DNA from: Bradymonadia bacterium
GTDB taxonomy: Bacteria > Myxococcota_A > Bradymonadia > UBA7976 > UBA1532
Reading direction: 5' to 3'
Length of the DNA: 64,000 nucleotides
Assembly (NCBI GenBank): GCA_046290225.1
Contig: JBKAGE010000035.1
Coordinates: 256,001-320,000 of the forward strand
The translations under genes and the position numbers were made by a program. Below, in pieces: positions 47,373-56,417 of this stretch. How positions within the stretch are numbered: position 1 is the first letter of the stretch; each line of letters opens with the position of its first letter. The notes beneath the pieces are model-generated. The model was not told the origin of the DNA. It did no database searches and saw only the letters and a program-made list of their open reading frames with translations.

Positions 47373-49604
47373 ATGATTGAGGGCCTCATTTGGGCAGCCC
47401 CTGCCCTCGTCGCCGGGGCCATCGGTGGCGCGCTCATCGCTCGACGTGGTCGAGGATCCAGCGCCGCGTCGATCCCTACGGGTACAGCGCCTGGTGACGA
47501 GAACGCTCACCTGCCCAGTTTTGGTGAGAGCACGTCGTCAGTGATCTTCACCCTCGCCGTCGATGCCAGCGGCAAGGTGTTGTCGGTGGACGATCGAGGC
47601 GTCAAAGGCAGCCAGCTCGATTTGATCGAAGGCCAACGTCTGGTGGGTTGGCCCGTCACCGAGATCAAAGGCGCCACAGGTCAGCTGCTCCAACCCATCA
47701 CTGAGGTGTTGTCCAGCGGCCAGACTGTTCGAAGGGTCTTCGCCGGGCGCCAGCTCTACGAGATCTTCTACGGGCCCATCCGAGACGCCCGCGGGCACGT
47801 CACCGGGGCTGTGGCCATGGTGGCCGACATCAGCCCTCACTTGCATCAGCTCGAAGACGTACGGCAGCGTGAAGAGCGCCTGGTCCTCGCCGCCCAGGGG
47901 GCCATCGACGGCCTCTGGCACTGGGATCTCGAGCACAACACCCTCTTCGTCACCCCCCGGTGGCAGGCCATGGTGGGCGCCGCTGGCCAGCCCTTCAGCG
48001 CTGATCCCGAAGAGTGGTTCGGGCGCATCAAATCTGAAGACGCCAAGCGCGTGCGCGCCCGCTTGCAAAGCCACCTCGACGGGCACACGCCGCACTTCGA
48101 GAGCGAGTACCGTATTCTGCACGCCGACGGCAGCGATCGCTGGATGTTGAGCCGTGGGCTCGCGGTCCGAGATGCTCAGGGCAAAGCGGTGCGCATCGCT
48201 GGATCTCAGACCGACATCACCGAGCGCAAGCTCGTGGAGAGCCAGCTGCTCCACGACGCGCTCCACGATGATCTCACCGGCCTGCCCAACCGCGCCCTCT
48301 TCATGGAGCGTCTCGCCAAGACGATCAAGAAGGCCCGCCGCGACGCCCAACATCGATATGCGGTGCTGTTCCTCGACCTCGACCAGTTCAAGATGGTGAA
48401 CGACAGCCTCGGCCACGTGGTGGGCGATCAGCTGCTCGTCGCCGTAGCTCGACGCCTTGAGGTCTTTGTGCGCCCCGGCGACACCGTGGCCCGACTCGGC
48501 GGTGACGAGTTCATCGTGCTGCTCGAAGATCTCGCCGAGATGAACGACGCCATGATGATCGCCGATCGCATCCAGCAAGAGCTCAGCTTGCCCTTTGCGC
48601 TCAACGGCAACGAGGTCTTCACCACCGCCAGCATCGGCATCGCCGTGAGCGCCGCCGACTACGAGCGCCCTGGCGACGTGATCCGCGATGCCGACACGGC
48701 GATGTACCGCGCCAAGGCCCAGGGCCGCGCCCGTCACGAGATCTTCCACCGCAAGATGCACCATCAAGCGGTGAAGCTGCTGCGCCTCGAGACCGATCTG
48801 CGCCGCGCCGTCGATCGCAACGAGTTCGAGGTCTACTACCAGCCCATCATCACCCTTTCGAACGATCGCATCGCCGGCTTCGAGGCTCTGATTCGCTGGC
48901 AGCACCCCGAGCGGGGCTTCGTGAGCCCGGAAGAGTTCATCCCTGTCGCTGAAGAGACCGGGCTCATCATCCCCATCGGTCGTTGGGTCATGCGGGAAGC
49001 CTGTCGCCAGATCAGCCAGTGGCGCACCGAATTCCCGGGCATGCCCCGCCTCTCGGTGACGGTGAACCTCTCCGCCACTCAGCTCAGCCAGCCCGATCTC
49101 ATCGATCAAGTGGCCCGCATCATCACCGAGACCCGGGTCGACGCCCGCTCACTGCGCCTCGAGATCACCGAGAGCGTGGTCATGGAAGACGTCGAGTCGA
49201 TCATCGACGTGTTGCTCAAGCTCAAGAATCTCAATGTGCAGATCCTCATGGACGACTTCGGTACGGGTTACTCGTCGCTGTCGTACCTGCACCGGTTCCC
49301 CATCGACATGCTCAAGATCGACCGCTCTTTCGTGAGCCGTATGGACGGCAGCGGCGAGAACTCGGAGATCGTGAGCACCATCGTGATGCTGGCCCGCAAC
49401 CTCGATCTGGGGGTGGTGGCAGAGGGTGTCGAGACCCAGGCTCAAAAAGCCCGTCTCAAGTCGATCCACTGTGATTATGGCCAGGGTTACCTCTTCAGCC
49501 GGCCTGTCGACGTCAAAGGCGCCACCCGATTGCTGGTGGCCAACCAGGCGCAACGCGGCACCGGGCACACGAGCACCCTCGACAGCATCGACAGCCAGGG
49601 CTGA
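47373..49604 (+). CDS. PAS-GGDEF-EAL diguanylate cyclase/phosphodiesterase
   Basis: N-terminal TM, PAS/PAC (GLWHWD, TDITERK), DDLTGLPNR, RLGGDEF, FEALIRW, DDFGTGYSSLSYL, AEGVET. Confidence 0.95.
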   Translation: MIEGLIWAAPALVAGAIGGALIARRGRGSSAASIPTGTAPGDENAHLPSFGESTSSVIFTLAVDASGKVLSVDDRGVKGSQLDLIEGQRLVGWPVTEIKGATGQLLQPITEVLSSGQTVRRVFAGRQLYEIFYGPIRDARGHVTGAVAMVADISPHLHQLEDVRQREERLVLAAQGAIDGLWHWDLEHNTLFVTPRWQAMVGAAGQPFSADPEEWFGRIKSEDAKRVRARLQSHLDGHTPHFESEYRILHADGSDRWMLSRGLAVRDAQGKAVRIAGSQTDITERKLVESQLLHDALHDDLTGLPNRALFMERLAKTIKKARRDAQHRYAVLFLDLDQFKMVNDSLGHVVGDQLLVAVARRLEVFVRPGDTVARLGGDEFIVLLEDLAEMNDAMMIADRIQQELSLPFALNGNEVFTTASIGIAVSAADYERPGDVIRDADTAMYRAKAQGRARHEIFHRKMHHQAVKLLRLETDLRRAVDRNEFEVYYQPIITLSNDRIAGFEALIRWQHPERGFVSPEEFIPVAEETGLIIPIGRWVMREACRQISQWRTEFPGMPRLSVTVNLSATQLSQPDLIDQVARIITETRVDARSLRLEITESVVMEDVESIIDVLLKLKNLNVQILMDDFGTGYSSLSYLHRFPIDMLKIDRSFVSRMDGSGENSEIVSTIVMLARNLDLGVVAEGVETQAQKARLKSIHCDYGQGYLFSRPVDVKGATRLLVANQAQRGTGHTSTLDSIDSQG

Positions 49605-49627
49605 CTCAGCGCTTTTTCAGGTGTCGC

Positions 49628-50635
49628 TCAGGGCTTCTCGGTGCCAGGGGCTGTTCGGCGGCGGAGCGTCTCCAAGATCAGGCCAGTGCGCAGCGCAGCG
49701 GAGGACACCGTCCAGCCGTCGAGATCCATCATGCGGGTGAGGGTCTCGAAGATGAGAGCACCACTGAGCATCACGTCGACGCGGGTGGGATCCATCCCCG
49801 GGAGGGCAAGGCGCTCGGCCCGGGTCGGCGCCGCAGCAAGGGCGTCGACCACGGCGTCGAGGGCCTCTCGAGGCAGCCAGACGCTGTTCTGGTTGCCCGC
49901 GGATTCGGGGAGCGCCCCGATGCCATGGGCGAGCTTGACCACCCGCTTGATGGTGCCCGAGGTGGCCACGGCATGCTCGAAGCCGTGATCTCGGGCACCC
50001 CGCACGTGGTGCCACAGGGTGTGACGCAGGTTGCGGCGGGCCAGCCTAATCTGCTCGAAGGTGACGGGATCAGACCCAAAGAAGCGCTTGGAGATGACCG
50101 CAGAGCCCACACGGGCGCTGGTGGCCCGCTCGGCGCGGCCCCCGAGGCCCACGAGCAGCTCGGTCGATCCGCCGCCGACGTCGACACAGAGCACCTGACG
50201 CGCCGACAGATGAGGCAAGCCATACATGACCCCGCTGTAAGTCAGACGGGCTTCTTGTTTGCCAGAGATGACATCGACCTCGATGCCCGCCTCTCGGGCC
50301 ACCCTGCTGAGCAGCTCCTTGCGGTTGCGGGCGGCGCGCACAGCGGCAGTGGCCGTCGCCCGAACCTCGGCCTGATGCTTGGTGGCCACGTCGCGGAACT
50401 TCTTCAAGGTCTCGACGGTGCGCTCGATGCCATCAGCAGACATCGTTTTGTCAGGGCGGATGGTGTCGGCGAGGCGCGCAGGGTACTTGTGCTTCTCGAG
50501 GACCTCGATCTCACCACGCTCGTCTACGCGAGCGAGGGTGAGATGGATCGAGTTCGAGCCAATGTCCACCGCAGCGATCGGACGCAGATGTCTCCGATCG
50601 TGAGCGTGCAGTTGCGTGCCGGCATTCATTGTCAT
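49628..50635 (-). CDS. ppx: Ppx/GppA family exopolyphosphatase (short form without HD domain)
   Basis: AAVDIGSNS, ATAAVRAARN, ISGKQEARL, DVGGGSTE. Confidence 0.88.
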   Translation of the reverse strand: MTMNAGTQLHAHDRRHLRPIAAVDIGSNSIHLTLARVDERGEIEVLEKHKYPARLADTIRPDKTMSADGIERTVETLKKFRDVATKHQAEVRATATAAVRAARNRKELLSRVAREAGIEVDVISGKQEARLTYSGVMYGLPHLSARQVLCVDVGGGSTELLVGLGGRAERATSARVGSAVISKRFFGSDPVTFEQIRLARRNLRHTLWHHVRGARDHGFEHAVATSGTIKRVVKLAHGIGALPESAGNQNSVWLPREALDAVVDALAAAPTRAERLALPGMDPTRVDVMLSGALIFETLTRMMDLDGWTVSSAALRTGLILETLRRRTAPGTEKP

Positions 50636-50869
50636 ACCTCTCCCCTCAAGCGACCTTCAGTGATGCACCCATGCAGTTTCATGGGTGTGCACTGATGGCT
50701 GAGAGCACCGGCAAGCATAGACACCTTTGATGTCGCCGTCGATGGGTCTGTGGATACCCTGTGGAAAAACTCAGTGGTGACAATGTCCGCAACAGTGACG
50801 ACCCATGGGTGGGTGTGTGTCGACCTGTGCAATGACATGAACCGCGGGCCGTGCGTACAGCCAGAATGG

Positions 50870-51376
50870 TCAGAGCTGATCTTCGATCTGCACCAGCGTG
50901 GGTGACGGGGATACCTCTGTTTTTTTGGGGCACTGAGCATATGTGCCATCACAGCGACCATAGAGCACCATTCGATGGTTTCCGAGGCTGAACCCATATG
51001 AACGGGCCACCTCTTCCTGACGATCCTCGATGGCGTCATCTTCGAACTCGATGACGGTGCCACAGTCGAGACACACCAGATGATCGTGATGCTCCCCTTC
51101 AACGTGGGGTTCATAACGGGTGTGATTGTCACCGAGGTTGCGGGTCGAGGCGAGACCCGCTTCGACGAGCAGCTTCATGGTGCGATACACCGTGGCATAG
51201 CCCACGGAACCGTCTTCCTTGCGCACCCACTCGTACATGTCTTCGACGCTGGGGTGATGCCCTGCCCGCTCGGGATCAAAGAAGATCTCGGTGATGAGCC
51301 GACGCTGGCGCGTGTACTTGAGCCCCTTGTGATCAAGGTGCCGGGCCAGAGCCTCTACTGCTTCCTGGGGTGTCAT
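50870..51376 (-). CDS. Fur-family transcriptional regulator
   Basis: TRQRR, HPSVED, ATVYRTMKLL, HHDHLVCLDCG, IEFED; GAGG RBS before ATG 51376. Confidence 0.93.
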   Translation of the reverse strand: MTPQEAVEALARHLDHKGLKYTRQRRLITEIFFDPERAGHHPSVEDMYEWVRKEDGSVGYATVYRTMKLLVEAGLASTRNLGDNHTRYEPHVEGEHHDHLVCLDCGTVIEFEDDAIEDRQEEVARSYGFSLGNHRMVLYGRCDGTYAQCPKKTEVSPSPTLVQIEDQL

Positions 51377-51682
51377 CGAATCCTCGCCACACTGCTGCAG
51401 GTGCCGTCGAGCCCTGAGATGACGCACCTCAAGGCCCAAATTGATCGTTTTTGAAAATCGTTGAAAACGACTTACCACGATCTGCACTCACCGTCCATCG
51501 GTGAGCGCAATCTATGATGCACAATGCATGCAATTGGCCGCGGTGAGTTTACTCGGCAGCGACAACAGTGATATCGAACCGATGTTTCTTCGACCCAAAT
51601 CACCCTTCGACGCGTCTGCTTGAATCCATGCGCCCGCGGCACATGATCCATCATCACACATGACGCACACCATGAAATTCAT

Positions 51683-52420
51683 ATGCTTACACCCATCCTC
51701 GTCTCCCTCGCCCTGATCGGGATCATCGCTCTGCTGGTTTTGAGTGTGCGGCACACGCACCTGATCCGCCGCGACATCAGGCGCGCCCAGCGCCGGAGCG
51801 AGGCCTGGGCGCACCTGCACCAGAGCATTTCTCCGCGTATCCCACTGCCCCTCACGACACCTTGGACGGCCTCACCTGAGCTGCTGGTGATCCTCTCGGG
51901 GCTGATCGCCGAGCACACACCTCGCCGTGTCGTTGAGCTGGGCAGCGGGTTCTCCACCCTCATCTCTGCCTACACCCTTGAGCAGCACGTCGAGGGCGGA
52001 CGGGTCATCGCCTTCGACCACGAGGCGCAATACGCCCAGGCAACCCGAGACATGATCACGGCCCACGGCCTGACGGACCGGGCCACCGTCGTGCACGCGC
52101 CCCTCGACAATACCCAGACCTCCCTCGGCGAGAAGCCCTGGTATCACACCGGCGCCCTCGAGGCCGCCCTGGAAGGTGAGCAGATTGGGCTCGTGCTCGT
52201 CGACGGCCCCCCTGGGGGCACGGCCTCGCTGGCCCGTCACCCGGCCTTCGAAAAGCTGAAGCCGTTCCTGGCGCCGGACGCCCTGGTGGTCATCGACGAC
52301 TCGGCCCGCGACGACGAGCAGAAGATGATTCACCACTGGCGCACGCTCGAGCAGCTCGAGCAGAGGGATCATCCAGTGGAGAAGGGGGTGGTCGTCCTCC
52401 GCAGAGGTGCCAACGCTTAG
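51683..52420 (+). CDS. Class I SAM-dependent methyltransferase-like protein with N-terminal TM anchor
   Basis: VVELGSGFST, LVDGPP, VIDD. Confidence 0.8.
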   Translation: MLTPILVSLALIGIIALLVLSVRHTHLIRRDIRRAQRRSEAWAHLHQSISPRIPLPLTTPWTASPELLVILSGLIAEHTPRRVVELGSGFSTLISAYTLEQHVEGGRVIAFDHEAQYAQATRDMITAHGLTDRATVVHAPLDNTQTSLGEKPWYHTGALEAALEGEQIGLVLVDGPPGGTASLARHPAFEKLKPFLAPDALVVIDDSARDDEQKMIHHWRTLEQLEQRDHPVEKGVVVLRRGANA

Positions 52421-52451
52421 TCAGCTCATCACTGCCTTTGCTGACTACGTT

Positions 52452-53435
52452 TTATTCGGCAGCAGTGACGGTGATGGTGTGGCGCTCAATGTCGAGGCCA
52501 CCGCGATCGTCACGCACGGCGATGAGCACTTCGATCTCACCAGGCTCGTCGGGCAACGTGATGACCGAGCTGTTGCCATTGCCCGTGGTGTCGTTCCACA
52601 CCGTCACTGGCGGGTCTGTCTCGCCACCGGTCGTGTACCAGGTGTAGGTGATGCGCTCGGTGGTTTCGCCGACGTTGACGCAGCCTGAGGTGTCGTTCAC
52701 GGCGCAATCGACGGCGCACTCCTGCTGAACCTCGATGGTGTCGAAGTCGGCGTAGTCCTCTCGGGCGCCGTCGGCGAGGGCCACCGACAAGACCACCTCG
52801 GATCCTGCGGGGGCGGTGAGATCGGCGTCGTCGCCGTCGAGGGTGAACTCGGTGATCTGAGGGTTCACGTTGGCGGGGAACTCATTGTCGGCGATGAGCA
52901 GCGCGTGGGCTGTCTGCACGACCCGATCGCCCTCGACGCCGCTGGTGAGCTTCAAGAAGCTGTTGGCCCCGAAGATCTGCACCTGGGTGCGGTACAGGAT
53001 CGTCTGGGTCACATCTTCGACGCCCTCGCAGGTGTCTTCCACATAGGTCCGGAAGGCACCGATCACCGCCCCTTGGATCGCCTGAAAGTTGAAGGTGATC
53101 TGTGCAGTGTCGCCGGGGAGCGGGAACTCGAGCTCCTCGCTGGGCAGGCCGAGGGCCGTCGGATCTTCGATGCCGAGCTCATCGGTGGTGAAACACTCGA
53201 AGGCGCTGATGGTGCCGGCGCTGATGGCACACAGCGACCACGAGTAGGTGGCGCCCTCGTTGTTCACGTCGATGGCGGTGACGGTGACCTCGGCAGTGTC
53301 GGGGCGCAGCTCTGGTGGATCGAGCTGCAAACCCAGGATGCGGTATCCGTCGATGATGGTTTTCGAATCGAACTCATCCTGGCAGCCCGAGGTGAGGGCG
53401 CCGGCGAGGGCGATCATCATGAGTGCGCGCTTCAT
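52452..53435 (-). CDS. Acidic lipoprotein coupled to the TonB-dependent receptor
   Basis: Lipobox TSGC; RILGLQLDPPE, NVNP, WYTTGG, VRDDRGG; TGATG overlap with the receptor stop. Confidence 0.8.
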   Translation of the reverse strand: MKRALMMIALAGALTSGCQDEFDSKTIIDGYRILGLQLDPPELRPDTAEVTVTAIDVNNEGATYSWSLCAISAGTISAFECFTTDELGIEDPTALGLPSEELEFPLPGDTAQITFNFQAIQGAVIGAFRTYVEDTCEGVEDVTQTILYRTQVQIFGANSFLKLTSGVEGDRVVQTAHALLIADNEFPANVNPQITEFTLDGDDADLTAPAGSEVVLSVALADGAREDYADFDTIEVQQECAVDCAVNDTSGCVNVGETTERITYTWYTTGGETDPPVTVWNDTTGNGNSSVITLPDEPGEIEVLIAVRDDRGGLDIERHTITVTAAE

Positions 53436-56224
53436 CACCACTCCCCTCTCAAGCCAAAGGACGGGATGATCGGGAGCCCGGTGATCTCCTGGCTCTCGGT
53501 GTAGTCATAGTTGTAGCTGATGCCCTCGGGGTTCCCCCGGTTGTAGGTGTTCTGCAGCTCGAAGTAAGCGTTGAGACGCCACGTGTTGTAGTTCCAGACC
53601 TTGTCGATGCGGATGTCGAGCTGGTGGAAGTCGGAGAGCCGATCGCTATTCACCACGCCACTCACAGGGCTGAAGGTGTCGTTGACGCTGTCATAGACCG
53701 AGCCGGTGATGGGGGTGGTGGGGTTGCCGGTGACATAGCGCCACCGGGTGCCCACGAACCATGTGGGGCTGAGCTTGTACTGGCCGATCAGGATCAGGTT
53801 GTGGGTCTGGTCGAGATCGAAGGGGCGCCAGGCTTCGCCGGGGTTATCTCGTCGCTCGGAGATTTGATAGGTGTAGGCGATCCAGCCGAAGAACCGCTCG
53901 CCGAGCTCGTGGCGGAGCAGGAACTCCATACCGTACGAGCGCCCAATGCCGTTGTTGTTGAACCGCACGTCGGGGCGATCGTCCCGGGTCACGAGCCGGT
54001 CGAAGTCCTTGTAGTAGAAGGTGACGTCGAGGTTCACCAAGTCGGTGAACTTGTGCTCAGCCCCGAGGGAGTAGTGGATGCCCTCCTGGAACTTCAGATC
54101 GGGGTTGCCGAAGGCCTCGTCGGTCTCGTCGGGCTGTGGCGGCTCGGCGAACATGCCCACCCCGGCCTTGAGCGAGGTGTCGGCGGTGAGCTTCCAGCGG
54201 GCGGTGAGGCGCAGCTGAGGGGCCGCCTGGCCCACCTGGGTCAAGTAGTCGACGCGGGCCCCGGGCAGAATGTTGAAGTCACCGAGCTGTAGATCGAGCT
54301 CGGTCCACACCGAAGGGGCATAGAACGTGAGCGAGGTCTGGCTGGTGATGGTCTCGGATCGATCTTCACCCTCGGGCGGATCACCCTCTTTGGGCGGACC
54401 ACCGTCGCCTTTGACGAAGATGTCGCCGTACTGGATGAAGTTGTCGGTGCCCACTCGCAGGGTGAGGTTGTCGTCGAGATCCCACTGCACCTCGTCGCGC
54501 AGGTAGTAGTCGTAGATCTTGAAGTCGAGGCGGAACACGTCGCTCACCCCGGCGAAGATCTCGTTGTACTGGAACTGCAGCTTCATGGTGTTGGTGACCT
54601 CGTCGGAGGCCCGCCACTGCCACTCGGCCTGAGCGCCGGTGAAGCCCACGTTGAACCGGGCGTTCCCCTGAATCTGCGGGTTCTCCTCCGGAGGCTCCTC
54701 GATGACCGCCACCAGCTGATCGTTGCTGGTGTAAGCGAGCACCTTGAAGGTGTGCCGCCCCTTCTCGAGATCGTAGAGAATCTGACCGTCGTAGTACCGC
54801 GGCAGGGTGCGGAAGCTCACCCCGGCGTCATCGGGCAGCACGAAGGTCAGCACGCCGTCGATGTAGCTGCGCCTGAAGGCCACGGCGAGGGCGCCGTACT
54901 CAGCGTCCTCACCGATGGGGCCTTCGACGAGAGCCGAGGCGTCGAAGACGTCGGCCTGCACCGCGCCGTGCACCCCATCGGTCTTGGGGCGCCGCAGGTT
55001 GATGTTGACGATGCCACCGTTCACGCGGCCGTACCGCGGTGAGTAGTTGCCGGGGTAGATGTCGATGTCTTCGATGAGATCGCTGTTCACCGTGGCCCGC
55101 AGGCCACCGAAGTGGAACGCCTGAGGGATCGGCAGCTCGTTGAGGTAGGGCTGAGTGAGGCCACCACCCCGCAACACGAGATCACCGGCGCCGAAGGGGA
55201 TACGAGACGCCCCAGGCAGGTTCTGGATGATGCGCAGGGCATCGCCAGAGGTGCCCGGCAGGTTTCTGATCTCCCGAATGGTGAGGGTACGCCGCGCCAC
55301 CACCTTCTTGGGCCGCCGGCCGATGATCACCATCTCCCCGGTGAAATCGACCTGCTCCATGAAGTACTCGACGGTGACCTCTTCGCCGGCGTTGACGGTC
55401 TCTTCGTCCTTGATGGGGGCGAAGTTGGGCTCCTGCACCAGGATCTGCACGGTGCCGGCGGGCACTGACTCGAAGGCGAAGCGCCCCTTCTCGTCGGTGA
55501 AGGCGTCGAGATCAGTGCCTTCGATGATCACACGCAGGCCGCCGAGGCCCTCGCCGGTGCCCTTCTTCCGCAGACGCCCCTTGAGCACGCCCACGTCGAC
55601 GTTTGACGGCACCTCGACCTCTTCGACCTGGGGCTCGAAGACGTACTGGTACTCGATCTGTACGCCGAAGGGCTCGCCGTCGGCGGTGGCGGGGCTGAAG
55701 ACGAACTGCTTCGCCGCCTCGAGGGCCGCGGTGTCGAACTCGGCGCCACCAGACTTGGTCACGGAGACCTCGGTCACGGCACCTTGCTCGTCGATGGTGA
55801 TCAGCATGATCACCTCGGCGCTCTGCCGCGCCTCAAGGGCTGCCGGTGGATACACGGCTTCGACGAACTTGAGCAACTTGGGGGCCACGAGCTTGGGGCC
55901 GTCCTGCTCTTCGCCCTCTGCAGGCTGGGACTCGACGGGCTGGGCCTCAACAGGCACGCCCTCGGGGGGCTGCCCAGCCTCGGGTGACTCGGTCTGCTGA
56001 TCGGCGCCCTCTGGTGTTGCCGGGGTGGACTCGACGGGGGTCGACTCCACGGCCTCACCTTCGCCCTCGTCGAGGATGATCTCTTCTCCATCGTCCTCGT
56101 CTTCTTCGATGAGGATGATTTCGTCGTCATCATCTTCTGTCTGGGCAAAGGCGATGGCGGGGCATGTGAGGGCGAAGGTCAGCCACCACAGTGTCAGACC
56201 ACCTCTGAAGGGGGGTGTGCGCAT
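53435..56224 (-). CDS. TonB-dependent receptor with N-terminal TonB C-terminal-like domain
   Basis: GAGGAGG RBS; signal peptide; YPPAA...IDEQGAV...FDTAALEAAKQFVFSPA; plug LPG...YPGNYSPRYGR; barrel ending PSFGLRGEW. Confidence 0.9.
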   Translation of the reverse strand: MRTPPFRGGLTLWWLTFALTCPAIAFAQTEDDDDEIILIEEDEDDGEEIILDEGEGEAVESTPVESTPATPEGADQQTESPEAGQPPEGVPVEAQPVESQPAEGEEQDGPKLVAPKLLKFVEAVYPPAALEARQSAEVIMLITIDEQGAVTEVSVTKSGGAEFDTAALEAAKQFVFSPATADGEPFGVQIEYQYVFEPQVEEVEVPSNVDVGVLKGRLRKKGTGEGLGGLRVIIEGTDLDAFTDEKGRFAFESVPAGTVQILVQEPNFAPIKDEETVNAGEEVTVEYFMEQVDFTGEMVIIGRRPKKVVARRTLTIREIRNLPGTSGDALRIIQNLPGASRIPFGAGDLVLRGGGLTQPYLNELPIPQAFHFGGLRATVNSDLIEDIDIYPGNYSPRYGRVNGGIVNINLRRPKTDGVHGAVQADVFDASALVEGPIGEDAEYGALAVAFRRSYIDGVLTFVLPDDAGVSFRTLPRYYDGQILYDLEKGRHTFKVLAYTSNDQLVAVIEEPPEENPQIQGNARFNVGFTGAQAEWQWRASDEVTNTMKLQFQYNEIFAGVSDVFRLDFKIYDYYLRDEVQWDLDDNLTLRVGTDNFIQYGDIFVKGDGGPPKEGDPPEGEDRSETITSQTSLTFYAPSVWTELDLQLGDFNILPGARVDYLTQVGQAAPQLRLTARWKLTADTSLKAGVGMFAEPPQPDETDEAFGNPDLKFQEGIHYSLGAEHKFTDLVNLDVTFYYKDFDRLVTRDDRPDVRFNNNGIGRSYGMEFLLRHELGERFFGWIAYTYQISERRDNPGEAWRPFDLDQTHNLILIGQYKLSPTWFVGTRWRYVTGNPTTPITGSVYDSVNDTFSPVSGVVNSDRLSDFHQLDIRIDKVWNYNTWRLNAYFELQNTYNRGNPEGISYNYDYTESQEITGLPIIPSFGLRGEW

Positions 56225-56417
56225 GGCCTCCTCGGCGTTGTGTCGCGGCAGTTTAGATGGCTCTTCGGGCATTTGGTCGCCCGCGATCCGCTGCAGGAGC
56301 ATAACGAGGCCGCCGAGGAGGTGCCTTCTTCTTCACGGTTCTTTATGTGATGGGGGAGAGAAAATCGCCGGGTCTGTGCCATGTCGCAGATGCGTCATGC
56401 CTCTGACTCGAAGGGGC

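Noticed and set aside
56225..56417. Possible cobalamin riboswitch upstream of the TonB-dependent receptor
   Set aside because: No recognisable B12-box or conserved core motifs could be found by eye
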